Source: Cenococcum geophilum (taxonomy: Eukaryota). From it: a stretch of DNA of 64,000 nucleotides. The DNA is taken from the NCBI GenBank assembly GCA_050273025.1, contig CP158635.1, forward strand, positions 28,954,001-29,018,000, given 5' to 3'. Of the stretch, positions 11,201 through 25,400 are shown piece after piece. A model generated the notes under the pieces. The model did no database searches. It was not told where the DNA came from and worked only from the letters and a program-made list of their open reading frames with translations. Both the position numbers and the translations under genes were made by a program. Numbering within the stretch: position 1 is the first letter of the stretch; every line of letters starts with the position of its first letter.

Positions 11201-14200
11201 AAGCTTTCTACTAAATTAGGATAAACCCTATATCTAAAGATTTAATAACATTCTATACCCGTTATAGTTCCTATAAATATAAAGTTTTTCCTTTTAAACT
11301 AATAAACGGACTGGCTATGTACTAAAGGTATATAAATAACGTTCTTTTTAATTACCTTAATAAATTCTATACGGTATACCTAGACGATATTCTTTATATA
11401 TTTAGACAACGAACTTAAGCATTAAGTTTATATTAAGAAGGTCCTAGAGAGACTACGGAACGTAAGCTTATAAGTTAATATTAAGAAATGCGAGTTTAGG
11501 GTAAAATATATAAAATACCTCAGGTTTATTATAATTATAGAAGGAATTAAGGTTAACCCTAAGAAGGTAAAGGTAATTTGTAATTAGAAGCCCCCTTATA
11601 TAGTAAAAGGAATCTAATCCTTCCTTAGCCTATCTCTTTTCTAATCCTTTATTACTATAACCTAGACCTTAAATTAATGCTAAAAACGGACGCCTTTAAT
11701 AGGGTCGTAATGGGAATCCTATTATAGTTATATCTAGACAGCGAATAGTACCCTATTACTTTTTTCTTAAAAATAATAGACTCGGCTAAGTATAACTATA
11801 AAGTATATAATAAAGAAATACTAGCTATTATTTAATTACTCTTTTAATGGCGTATAGAGCTTAAAGGTATAAACTCCTAGATTAAGATATATATAGATTA
11901 TAAGGCCCTAAAGTACTTTATAACTATAAAGCAGCTTACTAAATAATAAGCCTAGTAGGCTAAAATACTCTCCTAATTCTTCTTTACGATTATATATTAT
12001 TCTAGTAAGTAAAACTTTAAGGCTAATACCCTAACCCGAAGAGAATAAGATGTAGGACCCTAGAATAAGCTAAAGACCTAATATTGGACACGCGCCCTCC
12101 TCTATCTAGAATAGCTTAACCTATAGATCCTTAAGGAGCTAGACTCCTAGTAAAATAAGCTAGTACTAATAGAGGAGTCCTTAAATAAGCTAATAGGGCT
12201 AATTAACCGCCTCCTAACCGCAAACCGTATAGCTAATACCTTAAGGGCCCTTCGCGAATAAGCCGTAAAAGGAGACCCCAATTTTAAGACGGAGGAAGAA
12301 TTACTCCTATACTAGGAGCGGCTTATAGTCCCTAATATTAATAATCTATAGATTAAACTAATCTGTAAAGCTTATTACTAAGTCTTTATAGTATACCCTA
12401 GTAAGAATAAGATCTGTAAGATTATTAACTACCGCTACTACTGGCTAAGAATAGTTATAGATATTAATTAATATATATAGAACTGCAAAGACTATTAGAG
12501 AGCTATAATCCCACGGGATAAAACCCTAAGACTACTTAAGCCACTTCTAATACTAGAGCGCCCTTAGTAGTATATTTTTATAGACTTTTATAAACTACTT
12601 AGGGACTGTAACGGATACAATAAAGTTATAGTTATAGTTAACCGCTTTAGTAAACGCCCGTTCTTAATTCCCTATTATAAGAATATTAATACTAAAGAGG
12701 TAGCCTAGCTATATATTTATTATATCTACTAAATCTATGGACTACTAGATACTATTATATCTAATTATAGGCTATTGTTTATATTAGCCTTTTAGAATAA
12801 GTTTACCTAGATTTTAAGTATTAAGCTAAAGCTTTCTATAGCTTATTACCCCTAGATAAACGGTTAGACGGAGATTATAAATTAGTACTTAGACTAGAGA
12901 CTTAGGCCCTTTATTAGCTATTTCTAAAATAACTGGTTTAAACTACTACCCTTAATAGACTACGCGTAAGTAACCTTACCCTATAACTCTATAGGGTTTG
13001 CCCTAATTTAGCTAGAAATAAAATACTTACCCTATATAAGCTTTAACTAAAAAAGGCTAGAAAAACCCTAGACTCTATAAGAGAAGCTATCCTATACTAA
13101 GGCCTAACAGTATACTAAACGATTAGAGGAAGCCTAGATAGTAGCCTATAAGAACTTAAAAAAAGCTTAGAGGTTAATAGAATAGTAGGCGAATAAACAC
13201 CATTAAGAGCCCGACTTTACCCCTAGCGATATAGTCTAGGTTATAATAAGGAATTAGAAAACTAAACGACCTAGCTATAAGCTGGACTACTAGATAGTAG
13301 GACTGTATAAGGTTCTTAAAAAGATAGGCAACTTATATAAGATAAAGCTTCTAGATTTAATTAGGGTTTACCTTATCTTCTTACTAGATAAGTTATAGAA
13401 AGCTATAAATAACCTATTGCCTAGATAAAAAAACGAGCCTCCCCTACTAGTTTAAGTAAATAGTAATAATAAATAGGAGGGTAATAAAATACTAGCCTAT
13501 AAGATAGTATAGGGAACGCTAAAATACCGTATCTAATAGAAGGGCTATAATCCTAACCTAACCTAGTACACTACGTAGAACTTTATAAGCTGCCCCTAGA
13601 AGCTTAAAGAGTTTTATAACTAATACCCTAACGCGCCTAGACCCCTAAAGTACCTAGATAAATAGATAAAATGCTAGTATAATAAGGATAATAAGTTACC
13701 GGAAGAATATGGGGATAAAAACGCCCTAAAGCCCTAATATAGCTGTCTACTAAATTCTGCTATATTCTGCCGTTTTTCTGCTAGTACCGTAAAATTTTAG
13801 ATATTTAGGAACTTTAACCACCGGTTAAAGTTATTTAATTAGTTAAATCTGTGCCAAGACTTTTAGCGGCTACTATTTTTAGCCTAGTGCTTTTACTTAG
13901 CCTATAATCGCCCTTTATACTTAGTCTAGATATACTTATATCCCCTTTATCTCCTTATTTTATTTTATAATCCTACGTTTATAAGCCTAGTACTACCCTA
14001 TTTCTAACTAAGCCTAAAGGTAGGCTTTCTTTTAAAGAGGGGGGTGATGTAACGGCGCTATTGCACATTACCTACTAAATTCTACTATATTCTACTAACC
14101 TATAATTAGCCCGCCTAAAGCTAGCGTCTTAGCGGCTCACCCTATATATTTATTTACATCGGTCCTAGCAACCCCTTTTTCCTTCTCTTTAGCTTAGTAT

Positions 14201-14258
14201 CTTCGTAATACAGCATTCTATAAGCTTTGGTTTAGAGGCATTTATACAAGCCGTAACA
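8211..14258 (+). mobile_element. Chromovirus-type Gypsy element C, both LTRs present, 5-bp TSD TTAAG
   Basis: 211-bp LTRs at 8211-8421 and 14048-14258 (TGTAAC...GTAACA). TSD at 8206-8210 and 14259-14263. PPT AAAGAGGGGGG before 14048. Confidence 0.96.
8530..13737 (+). pseudogene. gag-pol of element C (gag, protease, RT, RNase H, integrase, chromodomain), RIP stops
   Basis: Gag ...EAKILYLFSRTTGDA; RT VYLDDIL at ~11372; RNase H KTDAF and NYKVYNKEILAII; integrase YYP*ING*TEIIN; chromodomain-like NKILAYKIV*GTLKYRI**KGY at ~13480-13560. Ends approximate. Confidence 0.9.
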
Positions 14259-16444
14259 TTAAGTAATACTATTTAACTATTTATAGTTAATATATAGTCT
14301 AAGTTTTCTATTTTTCTTTGGTATATATTGTACTAGATAACTTACTAATAACTGCAATAGTCTAATATATTCCTTTTATAAGTTTTCTTAAACAAACTTC
14401 TTAAGTGCGCTTACCTCCTCTTAAGTAAGCTTATAGGTTAAAAAGAACCTTAGACTTTTTTTAGTTTTAACTTTATCTTATAGTCCTATACTATATAATC
14501 TGCTAGCTTTTTACTTTCTAGGCTCTATAGTTTTTTGCCGTACTTATAGTATCTTTATAGTATATAACTTAAGCCTCGCTTAGTCTCTTTATATATCGCT
14601 CTAACTTAGTACTATATTAACTTAGTTTACTATTATATCTTATATTATTATATATCTCTAATATCAACCTAACCTATAATCTAATTAATCCTTAGGTTAT
14701 ATTCCTATAATTAAGGCATTTTTAATACTGCCTTATCTTATCCTAATAGTAGGATATTAAAAGATATCTTAATTTATCTTCCTTTAATAGTTATCTAAAT
14801 AGGTCCTATTTTAAGATTAATAATCCCTCCTCTATAGGTTATTAGATCTCCTAAAATTATAACTAATAGGTAAAATTATTCCTTCTACCTATAAGGTAAT
14901 CCTATTCTTTTAACTACTGCTAATAAAATATAGTTTCGCGTTACTCTACTATCTATTAGTGCTTTAAACTGCTAATTTTCCTAGTTAACTTATAAATTTA
15001 GGTATTATCCTTAAATTCCTTTAAGGGTTTAAGGCTTTACTACTAGCTCCCTTTAGTCCTATAGGCCTTTACTTTTCCTAACTATTAGCTACTTAATCCT
15101 ATTATATTTAGCTTACTCTTTAGCTAATACCTAGTTCGCTTTTTATCTTCTCTATATTATAAATATATATTTTCTAGGCATTTCTACTACTATCGTCCAT
15201 CTAAGTATTCTTTTATAAGAAATCTTCCTAGTTAAAGTATTAAATCTCCTAATTTTTAAACTTTTGTTAGATGCTATCTATATATATACTTAGTATTTCT
15301 ATACTATTGCTTGTCTAACGCCCAATATATCCTTATAAGGTATTTCCAATTCTTTTCTTTTAGATTTCTATACATTTTATATATATCGTCTATATATACA
15401 ATCTATAATAGCGTATAGTGTACTAGGTACTTTAGGTTAACTCTTAGCTTATTTTTATCTTTAAGTTTAAACCTTTATTATACTAATCTAAACGTTATAA
15501 CCTTATTTATAGGTACTAAGATACGTCTCTTACTTCTCTAGTCCTCTAATCCTTCCTTTAGATCCTTTAATGTTATAATTAAGGCTCCTTTAATATAAGT
15601 TATAGCCTTTTCTATAATTAGGTGGTCCTAAATTACTTATTTATCTAACTATATATAGAAATCTTCCTACTTATTATTATATCGTTGCCTTTACCACTTT
15701 TAGTATAGTTGCTAGAGTATATATAGCTTATCTATAAGAAAGTATCTTCTTATTACTATATTGTAACAGCCCTTTATATATTATTTTTTAAATCTAGTAA
15801 GGATTCCTAAATCCTTTTTATTTTCCAGTTTAGTAAGCTACTTAGCTCTTAGTATACCTACTCTAGGTCTATTAGTAATTCTTTATATAGGTACTCTATC
15901 CCTTATACGCCCTAATATACTAAATCTCTTATCTAGTTTCTATTCTTACTATACAATAATTCTTTACTTAAATTCTTTTATAGTTTCTTTTAGTTTATAT
16001 CTTATAAGTAGATCTTTAAAGTTTTCTTACTTCTTAATCTTATTATTAACATTTTAATCCAGTTGTTAAGCTTTACTTATAATTTCTTTAATAGTCCTTA
16101 TTTATATCTGGAAATCTATTAGGTAAAACCTAAGTAGATAGTTATATAGCCGCAAGGTACGGGCGACCCTAGGGCAACCTAGGGGTGACTCGCCTATAAG
16201 GCACGTGCTCTATACATACCTAGGGAAAACCCTTCCTACCTCACACACAGACTCCTCCTTTTCCCTTAAGGATTCGTCTCTATCTATACAATATACCTAT
16301 TGTTCTATTATTAGACTCCCTATCTACATCCTTACCTTACATTTAAATCCTTACTAATCCCCTTAGGAGGATAGCCGGTTTAATTTTTCGATAATACCTC
16401 CGAAAAGAAAACTAACGCCTACACCCGACGGTAATACACTAGCG

Positions 16445-19400
16445 ATGCGACCGCAGAACGCCTTAGGATCTAGTGCAGACGAAACCGCTAGAAGCACACT
16501 AGCAGCATCTAAGCTATTTTCTAAATCCTAAAACGATTAGATATCTACGAACGCTAAAGACTAGTTTAACTTATATACCTAGGCTTAATAGGAGCTTAGT
16601 AAGATTACTAGCGTCCTACCTAATACCGCTAATATAAAGGAGCTAGATAAGCTAGCTAAGAAAATAGCCAACTTACGGAGCATCATTAATTTAATAAAGC
16701 CCTCCCGTCGCCTTTCTAGTAAAGAGTATAAGTTACGTGGCGAATATATACGCCGATTAAATCTTAACGCCCTAGTTAAGAAGTTACCACCCAATATTAG
16801 CGGTATTACTTAATAGTATTTTAACTGGTGGATTGCCGCAGTTAAGAACTAATTTAAGGTTAATAATGCTAACTATAACTATAAGCGACGCACGCGCTAG
16901 GCTATTAAAGGTCTTATAAAAGAGAAGACAATTACCTAACTAGTTTATTGCCGGTTAGGCACTAAGGATAAGGGTCCTTTACTATAGGATAAATTTAAGA
17001 CTATAGTCTAAAACTAGATTAGGAACCCCATAGTAAGACGCTTTAATAACGCTATAATATACTATACGGCTGTTATAAAGGAGAACTAAAGGTTTAACGT
17101 CTTCCTAGCCCGTATGCGTAGCTTAGAGGACCTCTTTATATATACCCCTTTTGTTAATCCTAAATAATAGGTAGACTTTTAGTTCTTATATTTCCCAGCC
17201 TACCTATAAGCAGAGCTCTTCTGCCAGAACTTTACCTAACGGGTAAGAACCGCTAAAGACCTCTTTGACAAAATCCGCTGTGTAGAGTAATTGCTTAATA
17301 CTACAAAGCTTATAAAAGATCGCGTAAGTAACAGCGGTAAATTATCGCGTATAAAGCGCGGTTGCAGCATAGGCTCTATAGAGTTAGGCTTAGGGAACAG
17401 AACCTAAAAAAGGCGACGCTTCTTTAAGTAAACGCCTAGGGAGACTACCTAAAAGCTAGATAGCTTAGGGGACCCCCCAGACGCCGGTGCTACGTAAGCG
17501 AGTCAAAGGACCGCAGGCGGCTACTGTAAGGAATACTAGAAGCAGGCTAATAAAGAGAAGTTAGCTCGGGCTTTAGAAAACCTAAAGCCCTAGTAGCGTA
17601 TCTCTCTTAACTGCAACTAGGGCCTAATATAGAGGGAGAGAAGAAACGCATTGTGGTATATATTGCGATAAATACGCCCTAGGGTAAAGTCCGCCTACGT
17701 GCTTTATATAATAATAGGTGCTAAATTAACCTTATTAATTAAGATATTGTCTATAGGTTTAACCTACCTATACGCTACGCGCTATGTTTACGTAAACCTA
17801 TTATACGTTTCCTTAATAGCAACTAGATAATAATCTAGGATGCTTATAATCTAACGGTCACCACTAGCGACTCCTAGGGTACCTCTTGCGCTATTAGCCC
17901 GCAGACCTTTTAGGGCGGCTTATTTAATAGTTATAATATAGTTCTTAGATAGGATTAGCTCACGGAAGCAGATTTATTAATTAGCTTCCATTCTAGACAG
18001 TTTATCTAGGGTACTTTAGACCTTAAACGCCTCTAGATAGTTACCCTCAACGCTCTCCTAACAGATATTAAGGCTAGCAAAATAGTCTATTCGCTATAGC
18101 TAGAAGACTCCTTTTTTACGCTGGTTGTGAACATAATAGAGGACCTGTCGTTACTAGCAGTAAGTACCCGTATAGACCCTCCGGACGTAGAGATACCGGT
18201 TATAAACATAGTAGAGGACCTGCCGTCACTAGCAGCGAGTACCCGTGGAGACCCTCTGGTACTAGCGCAGATTACCTATATATAAGGGGGAGGTGATCGA
18301 AACCCTAAAACTATTAAGTATACTATAGTAGAGCTATATATACTCTCTATACAAGCACACCTATAAAATGCATGTTAGCTGTACCCTTTTCTCCACTAGC
18401 TCCTAGAAGCACACTACTATATAATAGTCGCTTTAACCTCTATAGCCCCTAGCCTACTAGAGGTATATAAAGAGGAAATTAATATCTTTTCTAATAAGCT
18501 AGTAAGTATGCTACCATAGAACTCTAAGTACGACTATGCAATCGACTTAGAAGAAGGCAAGACGCTACCATAAATGCCCCTTTACAACCTCTTATAGAAA
18601 GAGTTATAGATCTTATAAGAGTACCTAGACAGTGCTCTTAAAAAGGGCTAGATTAGGCCCAGCAAGTTGCCTACTAAAGCGCCTATCCTCTTCATGCCGA
18701 AAGTAGACGGTATAATACGGCTATACGTCGACTATAGACGCCTAAACAAGATTATAATTAAAAATCGGTACCCCCTACCGCTAATCAGCGAGCTCTTTAA
18801 TAGGCTTAGCTACGTGAAGATATTTATAAAGCTGGATCTTCGTAATGTGTACTATAAGATTCGCATTAAAAAGGGAGATAAATGAAAGACCGCATTTAAG
18901 ATACGCTACGGTCACTTTAAGTACCTAGTGATGCCCTTTAGTCTTACTAACGCCCCTATGACTTTCTAGAGCTATATTTATAAAGCTCTAGGAACCCGAG
19001 TGGATACTATCTACGTAGTTTACCTAGATAATATTCTTATTTACTTAAATAATAAGGATAAGCATGTTAAGCATATTAAGTAGGTACTGCAACAGCTTTA
19101 CGCTTGGGGCCTATACGCTAAACTATTAAAATGCATCTTTTATATTAAGAACGTTAAGTTCCTAGGCTTTATTATTACCCCTAGGGGTATTATAATAGAC
19201 CCTAACCGCGTAAAAGCTATTAAGAAATGGCCTAAGCCTAAGTCCTATAGAGATATCTAGGTCTTCCTCGGCTTTGCTAACTTCTATAGGCGATTTATCT
19301 GGAACTACTTAGATACCGTATACCCCCTATATATATATCTTATATAGGTACATCGCGACCTAACGTTAGATGGAGAGAAGAAGAAGAAGCGTAAGTTAAA

Positions 19401-21800
19401 AGGGCCTACTAGATGGTATTAACCTTAGTCCTAGCCCAATAACGCGTAGTAGGCGTTCTATAAGCTACGCGCTACATTTATATAGGCTCCTTTACTTCGC
19501 TACTTTGACCCTAATTTACCCCTAATAGTAATTACTAATGCTTTTGACTATACCTATAGCGGTATACTTCTACAGCCTTTAAGGTAGGGAGATAACTCCA
19601 CTAGCACCTAATCGCTTATTATAGTTAGAAGCTTACTAACCTAAAAGCTTAGTATAATACGTATAATAAAGAACTACTCGCTATAGTGTAATGCTTTAAG
19701 ACGTGGCGCTATTACCTTAAATACGCCGCGTATATAACACGCGTGCTCTATAATTATAATAATCTTAGGTACTTTATAACTACTAAGAGCTTATCTACCT
19801 GCTAGGCCTAGTATGTTAAGGAACTAGCTAAGTTTAATTTTAAGATTAAATATAAGCTAGGTAAGATAAATCCTGCTAATATACTATCTTGGCACCCAGA
19901 TTATACTAAAGGCTTTAAAGATAGCAGTAAGAGGATAATTTTTAATACTATACTGCCTATACTGTAGTAAAAGTTGCGGGTTATAGGCCTTGTGGGCGGC
20001 CCTGGTACTACTATACTAAACTAGTAAGTAGTATACGTGTAGCATGCAAGCGACCCTTATAAACTTGGCGCCGGCGGACTAGAGCGTCCTACTATTCTCT
20101 TTAAGACCACCTTAACTAACCTGACGGCGCTTAACCCTAAGGAAGACCCCTTAGCCTAGGCTACGGTCCCCCGCGATAACCTAGCGAGTTACCTGCGTAT
20201 TATACGTTACTTCGTTAGCACCGACTTTGCGCAGAGTCTCGTGCCACGGCAAGAAGTAGTAGTAGCTACTTTAGCTAAAACGGCGTTTATGGAATAACCC
20301 CCTAAGTTATTAGTTAATTTTATTTATAGAGTATAAAAAAGGGACGCCTTTATACGCTCTATATGTAATTAGTTAACCTAGAAACGAGTTCCTGCCGGTA
20401 ATAAGGACTATACCCTTAATAATTAAGAACTCCTAAGGTAAAACAACAAGGTCTGGGTGCCAAATTGTATACTACTATAATAGGAGATTCTTAAGCAGAA
20501 TTATGATAATCCTATAGGCGGCCACTATGGTTTTAACTATACTTTTAAGGTAATTGCGTGGAAATACGCTTAAAACGGCCTTATTTAGGACCTCCGCAAA
20601 TACCTAAATAATTATAATACCTACTAACGCTCCAAATCGCGCCGCTATAAACCCTATGGTAAGCTGTAGCCTCTTTAGGCCCCCACCTAAGCCTAGCGGT
20701 ATTATTTACTTAACTTTATTACGGATCTCCTAGAGTCTAAGACTCCTAATAGCGTAGAGTATAACTCCGTCCTTATCCTTATAGACCGTTTTATAAAGCT
20801 AGTACACTACTATCTAGTGCGTAAGATAATTAATGTTACACAACTTATAGAACTCTTATTTAGAGTCTTTGCGTAAATAGGGCCTTTAAATAATATCGTC
20901 TTTAATAGGGGTAGTGTATTTACGAGCGAGTACTAGAGCACTATGTGCTACTATCTCCGCGTTTAACGTAAACTTAGCACCATATTCCACCTGTAGATAG
21001 ATAGTTAGACAGAGCGTCAGAACTAGGAGCTTAAGGTATACCTATATATATTTACGAATTGGGAACAGTCTAATTAGGCCTCCCTACTTAAAGAAGCAGC
21101 CTTTACCTATAACTCTAAGGTCTATGCCATAACAAAGCGTTCCCCTATTAAGCTCGCCTATGGCTAGCTGCCAAACGTCCTAAATAGAGTCCTAGACGGC
21201 GTTTAAGACGCCTAGTAAGGTGGGGAGGGGTCTAAGTTAATAAATATCGAACTTATAGAGACATATCTATAACACCTGCGCCTTATATATAAGGCAGCGG
21301 CGGTGTTAATAATGCACGCCTAATAGCTTTAGGTAAAATACTATAATCGTCACCACCTGGCCAAGCATTTCGCCGTTAGTGAATAAGTCCTACTCTCCTC
21401 TAAGAACATCCGCACGAAACGTCCTTATAAAAAGCTTAACTATAAGTTTATGGGACCGTTTTAGATCCTAAAGCGTGTAGGGTAGTAAGTATATAAGCTA
21501 GAGCTTCTACCTACTATAGTACGGCTCCACCCAGTCTTCTATATCTCCCTACTAGAGCCTTATAGGTCACGCCCTAGGTTTTAACCCCTGGCAGTAAAAG
21601 AGCTTAAGGAAGGCAGCTAGGAAGTAAAAGCAATTATCGCCTACTAAGATCGTGCTAGACAACCGCAGTACCTTATTAAATGGTTAGGATGGCTAAATAA
21701 GTATAATAAATAGAAATATGAGACAGAACTTAAGAATTGTTAATAACTGCTAGATAAGTACCGTAAGCGGGACACCCTAGCCTTATAGCTAAAGCGCAGG
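16445..21800 (+). pseudogene. gag-pol of element D with chromodomain, RIP stops
   Basis: RT fragment in ORF 18667..18885 ([24 protein letters not shown]); VVYLDNILI at ~19015; integrase FHL*IDS*TERQN at ~20985; chromodomain *EVKAIIAY..YLIKWLGW at ~21620-21700. Ends approximate. Confidence 0.9.
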
Positions 21801-22230
21801 TAAAAAGTAAGCGCTACTATTAAAATATAACCTGCATTAAAGCGGAGTAGAGAACGTCCTAAGGGATTAAGGAATAAGCAATAATTATTATAAAAACTAC
21901 GGCGTATATACGGGGTAAAGTTTTAATTTATTAATATCCTATATAAGCCACACTCTAACGCAACCCGGCGATACTAATAACTCGTAGGTGAGGCCACGGC
22001 GTATACTGGCAACGAAGCTTAATTTAGAAAGCACCCTTCCTAGACCTAGTCTGTTACTCTATACTAGCTAAGCAGATTGTTTATATATTAGAGAATAGGC
22101 CTATTTATAACCGGGGTCTATTTAACCGGGGTCCACGACCTACTAGTAACCCGCTAGTGGCAACCTATAACCAATAACTTATACTATTCTATGTATATGC
22201 TATATAGATAACGCGCAAAGCTAAAGCATA

Positions 22231-22440
22231 GGTTAGCGGCGGATTTAATAGGTATATAGCCTTACCGTCCTAAACCTAGCTGTATATAAGTAACCTATAA
22301 CCTACCCGCGAAGTATATACAGCGCTACGCCGGTATAGTATAAGGCTAAAGTAGGGTCAGCGGCGGATTTAATAGGTATATAGCCTTACCGTTTATAAAT
22401 CTGGCTGCATATAAATAACCTATAACCGACCCGCGAGGTA
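22231..22440 (+). repeat. ~85-bp direct duplication in the 3' non-coding region of D
   Basis: GGTTAGCGGCGGATTTAATAGGTATATAGCCTTACCG...CCCGCGAAGTA at 22231-22315, repeated at ~22354-22440. Confidence 0.85.
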
Positions 22441-25400
22441 CTAGTGACCTGCCTACATAAGCGAGCTTTTAGAATACTTCTGGTCTACTAAATTCAGGCG
22501 ACAGTATTAAGCTCTACTAGCTCTACCTATTAAATGGACTAATTAGGATTTTCTATACCGGGTATATAAAATTGCTACTAGCTTAGTTAAATGCGAGGGA
22601 GTCTTAGTAAGGCAAATCTAACCAATTAGACAACTTTGACCGCCGGTTAAAGTTCCTTAACATCTTTGCGCCGCGTATATATACTACCTATCTCTATACG
22701 CAAAATTAAGACGCTCTTTCCCCTCTAAATTTTTTCCTTACTAAGGTTTTTTATAGGGTTTTATTAAGGCTTAAGCATATAAAGGATTGGGGACGACCCT
22801 TTTTAAAGGGGGGGGTATTGTTAGGTGAAACCTAAGTAGATAGTTATATAGCCGCAAGGTATAGGCGACCCTAGGGCAACCTAGGGGTGACTCGCCTGTA
22901 AGGTACGTGCTCTGCACGTGCCTAGGGAAAACCCTTTCTACCTCACACATAGACTTCTCCTTTTCCCTTAAGGATTTGTCTCTATCTATATAATATACCT
23001 ATTATTCTATCATTAGACTCCCTATCCACATCCTCACTTTATAAAATCTTAGTTCTATAGGATTTTAATCCTAAGCTTACTTCTATTTTAAGCTTTACTT
23101 TAGCCTTAGTTTAACTAGGCTTTTTTAGTATTCTTATTTTATTTTAAAAGTCTTAAATCCTACTTATCTTGTCTTAAAAGTCTTATACCTTTAGGAAACT
23201 TCGTCCCAAGCTTATTTATATATTACTAAACTAAGCTATTACTCTACTCTATCGGTTATTATCTATTATAGGTCCTTAAGCTTGCCTTATTTTATCTTAA
23301 GAATCTTAATTATCTCTTATCTTATCTTAAAAATCTTAAGTTTTTAGCCTTTTACCTTTATTAAGTACCGAAGTAGTTTACTATCCTACTTCTCTTATGT
23401 TTTATAAAGCGATAGATATTATATCTAGTGGGGTCTTAATCCCTACTAATGTTCCCTATTCCATAGTGGAATTTTCCTTTACCTCTTATATAATATCTTT
23501 AAGGTCTATATACTCCTAATAAGCTACCTTTATTACCTTATCGTTATTAAATGTTTCGCCTATATTAAACTCGTTATCCTTAATATCTAATTTATAAACT
23601 AGTTTATTAGTTCCTTAAAACTTTAGTATTTATTAGCTTTTATGGCTAATAGCTTACGCCATACTTAGCGTCTTTATAAATTTAGTATACGTTATTATAA
23701 TAAAACGCAAAACTTTTAATTAAATATTCCTTTATTCCTTATAGCATATTATTATCCCTCTATATATATATATCGTCTACTAGTTTTATTTTTTTTACTA
23801 TATAGTAACTCTAACTACTTCTATAGTCTTTAATATAATAATCCTATTTTCCGCAATTTATATAAGCTTCTTTTTTAAACTATTTTTCTTGCTATAAAGT
23901 CCGCCTAAACGTCTTCTATTATTAAGATCCCTAGTTTAGCCTTTACTCCTTAAACCTTTAATTACTTAATCCTTATTCTTTAGGTTTCTATAATTTCTTA
24001 TTTTATCTTTTAGATTCTTTAGTACTACTTAGGTCCATTAGCTCTACGCTATACTATAATTTTTAACTTTAACTTTATTAATGCGTGTTTTACACCTTAT
24101 ATAACTATAAAACTCTATTCTAACCCTTTTTAGTTTACTCTCTTTAATAGATCCTATTATTAATCTTAATTGCTTAATTAATTAAATCCCTAAGAGTATC
24201 CGCATCTTCTATTAAGATAATTACATTCTAAACTTTTACCTTAAGTCCTTACTTATACTATGCTATAAGCGCTTTATTATTTTATTTAACCTATATTACT
24301 AATATTTAAAACTATATTGTATATTTAATTACTAAAGTCCTTTATACTAGGTTTTAAAGCCTTTTTTTTACTATAGTAGTTACCTTTAGGTCTCTAAATA
24401 TCTATATTAAGTGTTCTATAAACCCGTTTTAACTTAAGAATATATATTATACCTCCTAGTTAGTAGTTATTATACTATACTTCTATACCTCCATAAGGTA
24501 AGGCTTAAACTACTTAAGTGCCCTTCCCGTTAAGAATAATCCTACGTAAGCGACTTAATCTATAGGCGTTCCTAGTTTAACTCCTTCCTATATAACCTTA
24601 AAGTGTATTTATATAAGAAATCCTTTAAGCTTTAACTTCTCCCCTAAGAATCGTTTAATTAAGGGTAACTTAACCTTAGCTACTCTAATCCTATTAATCC
24701 TTTCTTTAAGTATCCTATTACTATCTATTAATTAATTAACTATTTCTTATAGCCATTTAACAGTAACTAGTTACGAGTTAATATCTACTATACTAGTGTT
24801 ATTATCTAATCTTAAGGTAGTCGCTACTATAGACGCCGTTATAGCTGCTGCTTTTAGTAGTATATTATTTAACTTTATTAATACTATAACCTTAGTAGTA
24901 AATATATAACGAAGCCTTATAGCAGGAACTATAGTAGACATATTAATAGGCTAGGTATATAGGTAAATAAGAAGTTAACAACGTAATAATAACTAGTAGA
25001 GTAGTTGCCTAATAGATTAACTCTAATTATATTTTAAGATTTACTATAAAGAGAAGGGAAACTACCTATAGAGACCGTACGTCTTTAAATATATAACTCC
25101 TCCCTATAGTAAAGGTTAAGTACATTAGTATGTTAGTATATTAGTATATCGCATTCCTACGTTCCTACGTTTCTATATTCTAAACTTATAACGTAACTAG
25201 CTATATAACTTAGCTACCTCTTATCCTATAGCTTAATCGGTTCTAGCGCCTCCTATACTATCTTAACTAACCCGTTTATATCTATCCTTAATAGTTGTAC
25301 TACTGCTAATATAAGGTCCGTAATACCTATAGCACGTGATAGATAGGCGGAGGAGGGCCTTATAGAATTACTGCTGTAGGTAAGACGGGTAAATACCTAG

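Larger units (their letters stand above)
16117..23043 (+). mobile_element. Chromovirus-type Gypsy element D, both LTRs present, 5-bp TSD AAATC
   Basis: 225-bp LTRs at 16117-16341 and 22819-23043. TSD at 16112-16116 and 23044-23048. PPT AAAGGGGGGGG at ~22805-22815. Confidence 0.96.
7368..25325 (-). mobile_element. Ty3/Gypsy LTR retrotransposon B, host of A, C and D (segments 7368-8210, 14259-16116, 23044-25325)
   Basis: Minus-strand RT ([28 protein letters not shown]) at 7400-8210 continues across the TTAAG TSD at 14259. A protease-like region lies at ~14700-15000 and gag at ~23050-24900. A putative 5' LTR at ~24941-25325 starts with RIP-altered TATTACGG. Confidence 0.8.
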
